Shown here piece by piece: positions 1-8,905 of a DNA stretch of 64,000 bases (position 1 is its first letter; every line of letters begins with the position of its first letter). Below the pieces are notes generated by a model, which was given only the letters and a program-made list of their open reading frames with translations, did no database searches and was not told where the DNA came from. The stretch is from Aigarchaeota archaeon. Its GTDB lineage: Archaea; Thermoproteota; Nitrososphaeria_A; Caldarchaeales; Wolframiiraptoraceae. The position numbers and the translations under genes were made by a program. The stretch lies in NCBI GenBank assembly GCA_025059205.1, contig JANXDS010000001.1, positions 361,582-425,581 on the forward strand, given 5' to 3'.

Positions 1-2
1 GC

Positions 3-1430
3 ATATTCCCTGAGACGTAGTGCCAACTCTACCTCAAAGGCTCCGCCGCCGTAGACAACCTTACAGCATTCTCTGACAAGAGAAAAAACTGGAAGCGAAT
101 GCTTAAGGCACCTCTCCACATCGCTCTGTAGTAGATTTGTCACGCCTCTAAGCAGAATGGTAACGCTTTTTGGCTTCTTGCATTTATGGACGAAGATCGC
201 CCTCTTCCCGTCCAAGTCAACCTCCTCTACGATTCCTGCCCACCCAAGGTCTGAACCTTCAAGTAGTGTTGCCTTTGCCGGCAGTGCGTTAACCGCTCTA
301 ACTATTAACTCAACTTCTGGATGCGGAAGTCCATATATCATAGCAATTCCTGCTTTTGCGAGCTGTTCGATAGCTATAGGATCTACCCCTTTTTCTACGA
401 CGACAAAGCCAACGTTGAAGTCCGTAATTTTTTTAATCAGGTCGGAGATGTATGCGTTTTTATCCTCTAGCAACCTCTTTAATCCTACATCACCGAGCTC
501 CAAAGAATAGTCTAGATAACGCCCAATTTTTTCACTCACCCTTAGCTCGTCTTTAATTACGGCGATCCTTGTGTTCTCTATCCTTTTCGGCATACCTGGA
601 TGGGCCATCTCCTTGAAGACAACAACGCCGTCCAAAACAAAAGAGTCTTCAAGTGTTCCACTTTCAACGGCTTTGATATCGACTACTTTATCCACATCGA
701 TAGACGTCAACTCATCTATTCCGACAATCTCCACAACCTTTTGTATGATGCTTGCAAACTTTTGCCGGATGTTTTCAGGTAATCTATTCATCACGCTCGT
801 CTTCATAACTAACATTAGCATTTTTTCACGTTGAGATGAGGCATCAATAGACAGTTGTTCCGCTACGCGTAGGCTTTGGTTGAGCGCATCTATGAGCCCG
901 TCAAGTATTGTCGATATGCTAAGACCTTTCAGCATAAGCTCTCTACACCTCTCCAAAATCTTTCCGCCCAATATGATCGTGTACACGGCACCATCACCAG
1001 CAGTCCTGGACATAGCTAAACCGGCGCCTGCCATGAGTTGGGCTATTGGGTGCACCAATCCCACTTTCTTTAGAATGGTCCGGATGTCGCTTGCTAGGTA
1101 CTTTAGACCTCCTTCATCTGTTATCAACTTACTCGTTCTGAATGGTCCATAAAGCCCTGACACGAACTCAGTCATCCAATGAACTGCAGAAAATTTCTCG
1201 GATTGGGCATCCTCTCCGAGCTTCAGCTCAGAGCTTATGCTGAGCACGGACGCCGGCTTACCGTCGACATATATTGTGGGCTCTGGTACAGATTCGTGCG
1301 ACAGAGGCAACATTCTTTGGTCAAACTTAGCCAGCTTGGCATGACCTCTATCGAACTTCTCGAAGAACAATCTTTGGGAAATTGTTGGTGCAAAATCCCT
1401 ACCCCTAAACCTATGAGCGGATGTAACCAT
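3..1430 (-). CDS. Divergent group II chaperonin (thermosome-like) subunit, running off the window start
   Basis: Manual translation from ATG at 1430 is open to position 3. Chaperonin landmarks: GPFRTSKLI, DIRTIL..VHPIAQLM, AGDGAVYT, LDGVVVFKEMAHPGMPKRIENTRIA, VEKGVDP, KPKSVTILLRG, VVYGGGAFEVELALRLREY. Not in the ORF track because there is no stop in the window. Confidence 0.85.
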   Translation of the reverse strand, partial: MVTSAHRFRGRDFAPTISQRLFFEKFDRGHAKLAKFDQRMLPLSHESVPEPTIYVDGKPASVLSISSELKLGEDAQSEKFSAVHWMTEFVSGLYGPFRTSKLITDEGGLKYLASDIRTILKKVGLVHPIAQLMAGAGLAMSRTAGDGAVYTIILGGKILERCRELMLKGLSISTILDGLIDALNQSLRVAEQLSIDASSQREKMLMLVMKTSVMNRLPENIRQKFASIIQKVVEIVGIDELTSIDVDKVVDIKAVESGTLEDSFVLDGVVVFKEMAHPGMPKRIENTRIAVIKDELRVSEKIGRYLDYSLELGDVGLKRLLEDKNAYISDLIKKITDFNVGFVVVEKGVDPIAIEQLAKAGIAMIYGLPHPEVELIVRAVNALPAKATLLEGSDLGWAGIVEEVDLDGKRAIFVHKCKKPKSVTILLRGVTNLLQSDVERCLKHSLPVFSLVRECCKVVYGGGAFEVELALRLREY

Positions 1431-1786
1431 CTTTAACTAAAACTCGGGCATTCGTATATAAAATTTCCCATTAAAAACTCTGTGGTATGTTTACAAAGCG
1501 TTCATGATGACCCGATTTTAAGACGAATTGCGCTATTCATACGACTCGTCGTGCGGAGTAACGTTAAAGGAGCGACGAAATACTCACCTCAATCTTACTT
1601 GTATGTGGTAGCAGCTATCGTGAAAAAATATTGATAAGCACGTGAGCAATAATATTAAAAGGGGTTTGTGGTTTGCACAACTCCTACGCTTTGTTAAAAA
1701 TGTTAAGAAACACTTTCAATCCTAACAAGATGATCGGGATGCACCTCATAAAAATTCTGAGGTAAACATTCTGAGGTTGTAAGAGG

Positions 1787-3052
1787 GTGGTGACAGATAG
1801 GATGTCGGGTCAACATTTTAGAAAAGATGTTGATGTGTGGAGTTTAGCCGACGAGTGGGGTCCAGAAAAGGTCATACAGGTTTACGACCCGCATACGAAG
1901 ATGCAGGGTGTTTTGGTTATTGACAACACCGCGATGGGCCCAGGAAAAGGCGGAATAAGGTTCCAACCGACTGTAACGCCTCAAGAAGTTTTTCTACTTG
2001 CGAGAGTCATGACCTGGAAGTGTGCTATGGCCGGACTACCGTTTGGTGGCGCAAAAGGAGGTATTAGAGGTAACCCCTTAGAAGTTGATAGGGTAGCTTG
2101 GGTTAGGGCTTTCGCGAAGGCCATTAAACCATACGTACCGCTGCAATACATAGCGGCTACGGATATGGGGACAACGGAGATGGATATGGCTGTGTTTGCG
2201 CATGAGATAGGCGACATGAAGGCTTGTACGGGTAAGCCTACTGAGTTAGGAGGCATACCTCACGAGCTAGGCACTACGGGCTACGGTGTAGCAATCGCAA
2301 CGGACTTGTCGCTTAAGATTCTTAACAAGTTAAACATACTGAATATAGAACCAAAGGAGGCTAGGGTTGCCATACAGGGGTTCGGTAACGTAGGCTCGTT
2401 TACAGCAAAGTTCCTCGACGAGATGGGATACAAAGTTGTTGCCATAAATGATGCATCAGCCTGCATATACGACCCAAACGGTTTGGACATACCGAAGATA
2501 ATGGAAGAACTAAAACTGCTGAGAACAAAAGTGAAAACCCCTATGCTTAAAGATCTGGGCACTGAGCTAAAAGAACATAGGGATAGAATATTCGAGAAAG
2601 AGGCGGACATATTCATACCGGCAGCGACCTCGCATACGATAAATGAACAAACCGTATACAATCTCATCTCATCCAAAGTGAAGATGGTTGTCGAGGCTGC
2701 AAACATACCGACGACGAAGGATGCAGAAAGCATACTACAGAAAAACGGCGTATGGGTGATGCCGGACTTTCTTGTTAACGCAGGTGGCGTTATCGGCTCC
2801 TATGTTGAGTACATAGGTGGAACCGAGGCGCAGGCGTTTGAGTTGATTAAGTATAAAATAACTACTAACGTAAAGAGAGTTCTAATAGAGTCTGCGCACT
2901 CAAATCGTCCACCCAGGGTCGTTGCTGAAGAGGTAGCGAAAAGAAGGGTCAGAAAAGCGATGCTGTTGAGGGAGGGTGCGATAGACGTGGCCACGGAAGC
3001 ATATGCCCGCGAAGAATTGGAGGAGTATATGTGGAGGGCTGAGGACCTGTAA
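1787..3052 (+). CDS. Glu/Leu/Phe/Val dehydrogenase family protein (divergent GDH paralogue)
   Basis: GPGKGGIR, MTWK, GGAKGG, GFGNVG Rossmann motif, VEAANIP, PDFLVNAGGV. Confidence 0.9.
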   Translation: MVTDRMSGQHFRKDVDVWSLADEWGPEKVIQVYDPHTKMQGVLVIDNTAMGPGKGGIRFQPTVTPQEVFLLARVMTWKCAMAGLPFGGAKGGIRGNPLEVDRVAWVRAFAKAIKPYVPLQYIAATDMGTTEMDMAVFAHEIGDMKACTGKPTELGGIPHELGTTGYGVAIATDLSLKILNKLNILNIEPKEARVAIQGFGNVGSFTAKFLDEMGYKVVAINDASACIYDPNGLDIPKIMEELKLLRTKVKTPMLKDLGTELKEHRDRIFEKEADIFIPAATSHTINEQTVYNLISSKVKMVVEAANIPTTKDAESILQKNGVWVMPDFLVNAGGVIGSYVEYIGGTEAQAFELIKYKITTNVKRVLIESAHSNRPPRVVAEEVAKRRVRKAMLLREGAIDVATEAYAREELEEYMWRAEDL

Positions 3053-3107
3053 GCGTTTTTATATTCAAAAGACATTTATGGTGTGAATATGTGCTAAGTT
3101 TATACGA

Positions 3108-4358
3108 ATGGTGTTGAATATGAGTTTCCTGTCGTATGTAACGGCCCAGTTCGAAGAGGCAGCGCAAACGCTAGGTCTAAGTCAGGATCTCTGTGAGGTT
3201 CTGAGGAAGCCTGAGCGTAGTATAACGGTGTCCATACCTTGTAGGATGGACAACGGTGAACTTAGGGTTTTCACCGGCTATAGAGTTCAGCACAATTCTG
3301 CAAGGGGACCGTACAAGGGCGGTATAAGGTACCATCCAGACGTAACTCTCGAAGAAGTATCAGCATTAGCTATGCTGATGACTTGGAAGTGTGCCGTGGT
3401 GGATGTGCCGTTTGGTGGCGCAAAAGGAGGGATAAAGTGTGACCCAAAAACTATGACTCAATCAGAACTCGAAAGGCTTACTAGAAAATATACTATGGCG
3501 ATCGCAAACAACATAGGTCCCTACCTGGACATACCCGCTCCCGACGTTTACACGGATGCCCAGACGATGGCTTGGATGATGGACACGTATAGTAAGATAA
3601 AGAACGAGCCGACGCCCGCGGTCGTGACCGGTAAGCCCATTATCTTAGGCGGAAGCGAAGGTAGGAATGAGGCTACGGGCATGGGTGCGGCTATCATTAC
3701 AAGGGAAGTCAGCAAGCACCTAGGAAAGCCGTTGAAGGGCGCTAGGGTAGTTGTGCAGGGATTCGGGAACGCAGGCTACGTATCGGCTAAGCTGCTTCAG
3801 GATATGGGTTGTAGGATTATAGCCGTAAGCGACTCAAAAGGCGGCATATACTCTCATGAACAACTCAATGTCGAAAAAGTGTTGGAGCATAAAAGAAGGA
3901 CGGGCTCCGTCATAAACTACGAAAAGACTGAGAACATAACGAACGAAGAGCTCCTGGAGCTGGAATGTGACTATATGATCCCCGCTGCTATCGAGAACGT
4001 GATAACAGCAAAGAATGCGGACAGAATCAAGGCGTCAGCCATAATAGAAGCGGCTAACGGACCGACTACTCCAGACGCGGACAAAGTTTTGTACGAAAGG
4101 GGCATTCTCGTTGTACCAGACATCTTGGCTAGCGCAGGCGGCGTGACCGTCAGCTACTTTGAGTGGGTTCAAAACCTCACGCGAACTAAATGGTCAGCCG
4201 AAGAGGTTAGGGCTAACTTGGAGAAGAAGATGGTGAAGTCATTCGATGAAGTCATAAGGTCAGCTAAAGAGTATGGAGTGAATGCACGGCAAGGAGCGAT
4301 GATTGTCGCGGTGAAAAGGGTCGCGGAGGCGATAAAGGCTTTAGGGAGCTGGCCTTAA
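3108..4358 (+). CDS. gdhA: Glutamate dehydrogenase (canonical)
   Basis: GYRVQHNSARGPYKGGIRY, MTWK, GGAKGG, PAPDVYT, GRNEATG, GFGNAG, GGVTVSYFEW. Confidence 0.95.
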   Translation: MVLNMSFLSYVTAQFEEAAQTLGLSQDLCEVLRKPERSITVSIPCRMDNGELRVFTGYRVQHNSARGPYKGGIRYHPDVTLEEVSALAMLMTWKCAVVDVPFGGAKGGIKCDPKTMTQSELERLTRKYTMAIANNIGPYLDIPAPDVYTDAQTMAWMMDTYSKIKNEPTPAVVTGKPIILGGSEGRNEATGMGAAIITREVSKHLGKPLKGARVVVQGFGNAGYVSAKLLQDMGCRIIAVSDSKGGIYSHEQLNVEKVLEHKRRTGSVINYEKTENITNEELLELECDYMIPAAIENVITAKNADRIKASAIIEAANGPTTPDADKVLYERGILVVPDILASAGGVTVSYFEWVQNLTRTKWSAEEVRANLEKKMVKSFDEVIRSAKEYGVNARQGAMIVAVKRVAEAIKALGSWP

Positions 4359-4371
4359 TCAAAATAGGAGC

Positions 4372-5091
4372 ATGCTAACGTTAGAAACCATCAGGATAGC
4401 CCTGATATTGGCGATGATGTGCTATGCGTCCTATAGCGATCTGAGGTTCAGGGAGGTTAGCGACAAGCTATGGTTAATATTTGGCATCATCGGTGCGATT
4501 ATAACGACGTACGACTTCGTTACGGCAGGCCTATCCGACTATACTTTTTTGGGACTGATCTCGATAGGCGTTAGTGCAGCAGTATCCTTCGGTCTGTACT
4601 ACGCTAAGCTATACGGCGGAGCGGATGCAAAGGCCTTAACCGTGATCTCCGTGATTATGCCGATATACTGGCCAGTTGCTGCCATTCATCCCTTTACGGC
4701 AATCTATACCTTCATGAATGGGTTGTTAATATCCGCGGCTTTACCGATAGGCTTTGCCGTCTACAATTTCATACGCGTACTCAAAGGCGATAATATATTC
4801 GAAGGCCTAGAGCACGAGCCTATCTGGAGGAAGATTTTAGCATGCTTCCTTGGAACGCTCTTCTACGATGTGAAGGCCAAGAAGTTCTGGATGCCGATGG
4901 AAATTGTTTCGGAGGGTAGGCGTAGGTTTACGTTCAGCATCATTGTCGACGTTGAGTCGCAGGTTGACGGGGATAGGGCGTGGCTAACGCCGGGCATACC
5001 TTTGCTAGTGTTTATAACGAGCGGCTTCGTTGTCTCCGTATTCTATGGAGACCTGTTGGGACTGATGTTTCGTAGGCTTTTTAGTATTTGA
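4372..5091 (+). CDS. Prepilin/preflagellin peptidase, A24 family (FlaK/PibD-like)
   Basis: ASYSDLRFREV and GGADAK aspartate motifs in a multi-TM protein; C-terminal WLTPGIPLL. Confidence 0.85.
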   Translation: MLTLETIRIALILAMMCYASYSDLRFREVSDKLWLIFGIIGAIITTYDFVTAGLSDYTFLGLISIGVSAAVSFGLYYAKLYGGADAKALTVISVIMPIYWPVAAIHPFTAIYTFMNGLLISAALPIGFAVYNFIRVLKGDNIFEGLEHEPIWRKILACFLGTLFYDVKAKKFWMPMEIVSEGRRRFTFSIIVDVESQVDGDRAWLTPGIPLLVFITSGFVVSVFYGDLLGLMFRRLFSI

Positions 5092-5608
5092 GAATCGCTT
5101 CTATCATCAGCATCTCCAAAGCTGCTGCCGTGAGCAGTAAGCCAGCCACCGCCAAAATTATTAACGGAAGTTTTTTCACCTCAGATCTGAGTCTTTTCTT
5201 AAAGGCTGCGTAGATTATCAGCAACCCCTCCGATGTGGCCAGCCCGTAACCTAAGAATTCTAGAACGCCGTAGGGTGACAATACGGCAAGCCCGGCGAGG
5301 TATATGGATGGTATGCTCGACTGGACAGAGTAGGCCGCGAAGACGATCCCTGTCGAGTATACGATGTACCCTCCGATAAAAGTACCGACTGCCGGAATAA
5401 ACATCAGCAAAGCTATCTGAAAGTTATTCAGGAATATCTTCCAAACATCTATATCTCGAAAGAGTTCGCTAACTTGCTTAATTATCTCTTCACTCTCTTC
5501 TTGGCTTAAAGTTACCGAGGACCCCGACAGAAGAACGATTACCAACGCCAACGTAGTAACGATGACAAAAAGCAACCTCCTTCTAATCGGGATAGAACCA
5601 AGCGTCAA
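5081..5608 (-). CDS. SpoIIM-like membrane protein
   Basis: IFLNN...LLMFIP and PYGVLE motifs; hydrophobic. Confidence 0.7.
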   Translation of the reverse strand: MTLGSIPIRRRLLFVIVTTLALVIVLLSGSSVTLSQEESEEIIKQVSELFRDIDVWKIFLNNFQIALLMFIPAVGTFIGGYIVYSTGIVFAAYSVQSSIPSIYLAGLAVLSPYGVLEFLGYGLATSEGLLIIYAAFKKRLRSEVKKLPLIILAVAGLLLTAAALEMLMIEAILKY

Positions 5609-6702
5609 AGTTCGACTCCAAACCTCCTTGCAACTTGCTCAAGCAACTTCACGTTGCTTATTATACCCTCCCTCATAGATTTTATCCTATCAACCCTCAC
5701 AGGGTCTACTCCTCTCATCATTGCCGTGTAGAAGCTTATGTAATCGCATACAACCATAGCAGAAAGGATCTTGGTTATCTCGTCGTTCCCTTCGCACACG
5801 ATTCTCGATACGGCGATACCGAAACGCTCTCCTAGAACCGTCTCCATGTTATCCAGAGCCTCCCTGATGGCTGGGTGCTCGTCTTTACACCTTAACACAA
5901 TGGCAGTCAAGCAGTTAGCTACCGCCGGGCTCCATCCTTCTATATCGTTATGTAAGATCTCTGGCAAGCACTGATTCACCGCCAGCATCTTGGCATTTTC
6001 ATTTAGCTGGCATTTTAAACGATAGCCGACGGAAGAGAGGGGCCCATGAGAGTATATGAATGGTATCTTATCGTATATGCAGCTCGCAACCTGCTTTGCT
6101 AAGTTCGACTCCAAACCTACATGAACCTCTACGGATTGTTGCGCAAACCTGGCCCTTTCGACCGCGTTCTTAAGCTCATCCGTAGAGATCTTTATGGCTC
6201 CGACTCTTTCTAGGACCGACATGGCCGCACCAAGCATGTAGGGTACAGCCATTCGTGGCAGCAGGCCGGTTCTAACCTCGACCATCGGTATTCTCAGCTT
6301 CTTGCAAATTTTTCCCATCAACCCGCCTGACGTAATGGCAAACATAGACAAACCTGCATCGTAAGCCTTAACCATTGCGGACAGGGTCTCAGCCGTGTTG
6401 CCTGAATAACTGACCGCGACGACCAACGCGTCCTTTGTTATGTAAGAAGGGAAGGAGTAGTCTTTGTGACAGATTATGGGTACGCTCCTACATCTTGTCG
6501 TGATGTCCGATAGAAGGTCGCCGACTATCCCAGAACCACCAACACCTAAAAACACAACGGAATTTATTTCATGATGTAGTTTGAGCAAAACGGCCTCGGC
6601 GGATCTCATCCCTTCACAAAATCCATCCAACTCCGTTCTCAGCTGGGCTAGGAACTCCTTCGCCTCAGGTCTTTCGTACAAGCCAGGTTCGTCTAACCTC
6701 AT
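5605..6702 (-). CDS. Bifunctional phosphoglucose/phosphomannose isomerase (SIS domains)
   Basis: GVGGSG, SYSGNTAET, ENAK, PEILHNDIEGW. Confidence 0.9.
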   Translation of the reverse strand: MRLDEPGLYERPEAKEFLAQLRTELDGFCEGMRSAEAVLLKLHHEINSVVFLGVGGSGIVGDLLSDITTRCRSVPIICHKDYSFPSYITKDALVVAVSYSGNTAETLSAMVKAYDAGLSMFAITSGGLMGKICKKLRIPMVEVRTGLLPRMAVPYMLGAAMSVLERVGAIKISTDELKNAVERARFAQQSVEVHVGLESNLAKQVASCIYDKIPFIYSHGPLSSVGYRLKCQLNENAKMLAVNQCLPEILHNDIEGWSPAVANCLTAIVLRCKDEHPAIREALDNMETVLGERFGIAVSRIVCEGNDEITKILSAMVVCDYISFYTAMMRGVDPVRVDRIKSMREGIISNVKLLEQVARRFGVEL

Positions 6703-7532
6703 TGCTCGACAGTTCCGCCCAACGCCACTATTTTTTCCTTTAGCTCCTGCACGGCCTGTTCTATCTCTATTTCGATCCTCTCAGAGGAGGGAGCGGTCGC
6801 CGTCAGATGTAACTCTATTATGGATACGCCGGATTCTCTACCCTTTGGGTGCGATTTTATGTAAACCGTAGGATGTCTTGATATAACTTCTTTTATTGCA
6901 GGGGCTAGCGCGGACTCTATGATGTCCTTTGCTATGAGTATCTTCTCGACGGTGTACGTGCGTTTTATTGATTTTTGGATTATCGGCAATAGCTCGTTCT
7001 CAAAGATATCCATCAACTCCGCCGGAACGCCGGGTAGGCAAGCTATCCTTTGACGGCCGAATTTTACAAGTACGCCTGGTGCCGTACCCACACGATTCCT
7101 CAAGGGTATGGCGCCCGCTGGAAGTTCGGCCATCTTCCTCCGCTCTGGCGTTATTTCCAAACTCTTGATTATGCCGCGCTCGAACATGTCCTTGTACTTT
7201 TCCACTATCATCTGATACGCTTGCTTGTTCAACTTTATTGGCCTCTTTATGGCCTTAGCGACACCAATTAGCGTCATATCGTCAAAAGTGGGTCCAAGAC
7301 CGCCACTCGTTATTATCCACTCCGTATCCCTTTTCAGAGCCTCCCTCACGGCCGATGAGATCTCAGATAAATCGTCCCTAACGTCTGTAATCCTTCTAAC
7401 GAATCCGCCGATCTCTGTAATCTTTTTAGCTAACCAGTTCGCGTTCGTGTTAACAACCCTGCCTATCAGCAACTCGTTTCCGATACTTATTATCTCGAAA
7501 GTAGTCTGTTTATTTCGAGTCTTACGAACCAA
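6699..7532 (-). CDS. CinA N-terminal / molybdopterin-binding-domain protein
   Basis: SIGNELLIGRVVNTNANWLA, SGGLGPTFDDMT, LPGVPAE. Confidence 0.85.
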   Translation of the reverse strand: MVRKTRNKQTTFEIISIGNELLIGRVVNTNANWLAKKITEIGGFVRRITDVRDDLSEISSAVREALKRDTEWIITSGGLGPTFDDMTLIGVAKAIKRPIKLNKQAYQMIVEKYKDMFERGIIKSLEITPERRKMAELPAGAIPLRNRVGTAPGVLVKFGRQRIACLPGVPAELMDIFENELLPIIQKSIKRTYTVEKILIAKDIIESALAPAIKEVISRHPTVYIKSHPKGRESGVSIIELHLTATAPSSERIEIEIEQAVQELKEKIVALGGTVEQ

Positions 7533-7630
7533 CCGTTAGCACCAAGATACATTTTATAGATTTATGCCTTAAACCTTTCCTAAATTCATTTGACGGCAAA
7601 ATTCATATAGAAAAACTAGTCAACTTTGGA

Positions 7631-8323
7631 TTGCGGCCTGGGATGTTGGGACACCGCACGATTAAGATGCCTGACAACCTTATAGCTGTTGAAACTAAGA
7701 AAGCATTCGCTGAGTTGTCCCAGAGAAATCTTGATGACGTTGCCAGAAAATGCGCTGTCGCATACATACCTCCCCGTGAGTCGAGTGCCAAAGGTAGGTT
7801 CATAATAACCTTCCTCAACAGGACGTACTCAGTCGAGGTTTCTGAAGAGCGCGTCGTTGACCTACTGACCGACAAACCCGCGGCCGTAAACGTTCAGTAT
7901 ATAATCCTCAAATACCTCGTAACCGGCGATGGTACGCCGCTAAGCGCTACATGGGTTAACTATAAAGACATTGCCGGAGCAACTCCATACATCAGGGAGT
8001 TTGAAGATTTTGTTTTAAAACGGTTAGTCAAGAGGTTCGGCAATATGGTGGACGCATACGAATACGCCTGCAAAATACTGGGCGGAAAGCGGGAAAAATT
8101 GGGAGGCGTAAGTTTTTCTTTCCTAATACTTCCGAGAGTCCGAATACTTTGTCAGCTTTGGGCGGCCGAGAAGCAGGAGTACGTACCGGCGGTGGCTAAT
8201 GTCTCGTTTAGCGCAAATTCTGAAAAGTTCCTTCCTGCTCGTGAACTTGGTATGGCGTCGCTGTTGTTGGTGGATATGTTAGAAAAAGAAGCGAACAAAT
8301 ACGCGCAACCTGAACGTTTTTAA
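7631..8323 (+). CDS. DUF3786-like protein (start codon uncertain)
   Basis: FIITFLNRTYSV, ILKYL, WVNYKDI, LPRVRILCQLW pattern recognised by eye. Confidence 0.6.
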   Translation: MRPGMLGHRTIKMPDNLIAVETKKAFAELSQRNLDDVARKCAVAYIPPRESSAKGRFIITFLNRTYSVEVSEERVVDLLTDKPAAVNVQYIILKYLVTGDGTPLSATWVNYKDIAGATPYIREFEDFVLKRLVKRFGNMVDAYEYACKILGGKREKLGGVSFSFLILPRVRILCQLWAAEKQEYVPAVANVSFSANSEKFLPARELGMASLLLVDMLEKEANKYAQPERF

Positions 8324-8874
8324 GGTTTATCCTCCAGCATGTTTTTAACTATCAGAAATTCTTCCTCGACGTATCCTCTCGCGTTTATTACCCTTGCCAA
8401 AATAAAGAGGAAAGTAGAAAGCCTATTCAAATACGCAAGTAGTGTCTTGTTTACATAGAAACTTGATTTTAGAGATACGACCCTCCTTTCAAGCCTTCGA
8501 GCAACGCACCTAGCCATGTGTAGTATTACGCTGCTTGCGGTCCCATAAGGTATTATGAATCCGGTTGCCGCACGTACTTCGGACTCATAACGCTCGATTA
8601 AGCTTTCAAGCTCCTTTAGCATGTCTCCGTCAACTATCGCTTTGTACGCTGAGGTTCCGATAGAGGCTATCTCAGCACCTACGAGGTACAACGACTTTTG
8701 CATGTGTAGGAGGACATCTTTTAGGTCTTCGTACCCAGTAATTGTCCTGACGAGGCCTATGATAGCATTCAGCTCATCGAGTGTTCCCAGCACCTCGACT
8801 CTTAGGTCGTCCTTTGGGACCCTGACACCTCCCAGAAGCTCGGTGGTACCATCGTCGCCGCTACCGTACTTCAA
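8320..8874 (-). CDS. pduO: Cob(I)alamin adenosyltransferase, PduO type
   Basis: GDDGTTELLGGVRVPKD, GTLDELNA, ARRLERR, YLNRLS. Confidence 0.9.
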   Translation of the reverse strand: MKYGSGDDGTTELLGGVRVPKDDLRVEVLGTLDELNAIIGLVRTITGYEDLKDVLLHMQKSLYLVGAEIASIGTSAYKAIVDGDMLKELESLIERYESEVRAATGFIIPYGTASSVILHMARCVARRLERRVVSLKSSFYVNKTLLAYLNRLSTFLFILARVINARGYVEEEFLIVKNMLEDKP

Positions 8875-8905
8875 CCCATCATCAACCCTTTCCGTAGGTA
8901 TGCCG

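Noticed and set aside
157-1436. Plus-strand ORFs 157-510, 571-834, 600-782, 880-1152, 1179-1436
   Set aside because: Antisense shadows of the minus-strand chaperonin; no motifs. The same applies to the many shadow ORFs overlapping called genes throughout the window.
1504-1560. ATGATGA box-C-like motif in the chaperonin-GDH intergenic region
   Set aside because: No convincing CTGA D/D' boxes at proper spacing and no target identifiable by eye.
1743-1777. ATTCTGAGGT direct repeat (1754-1763, 1768-1777) with upstream ACCTCA
   Set aside because: Could be an operator for the GDH genes, but two 10-mers alone are too little evidence.
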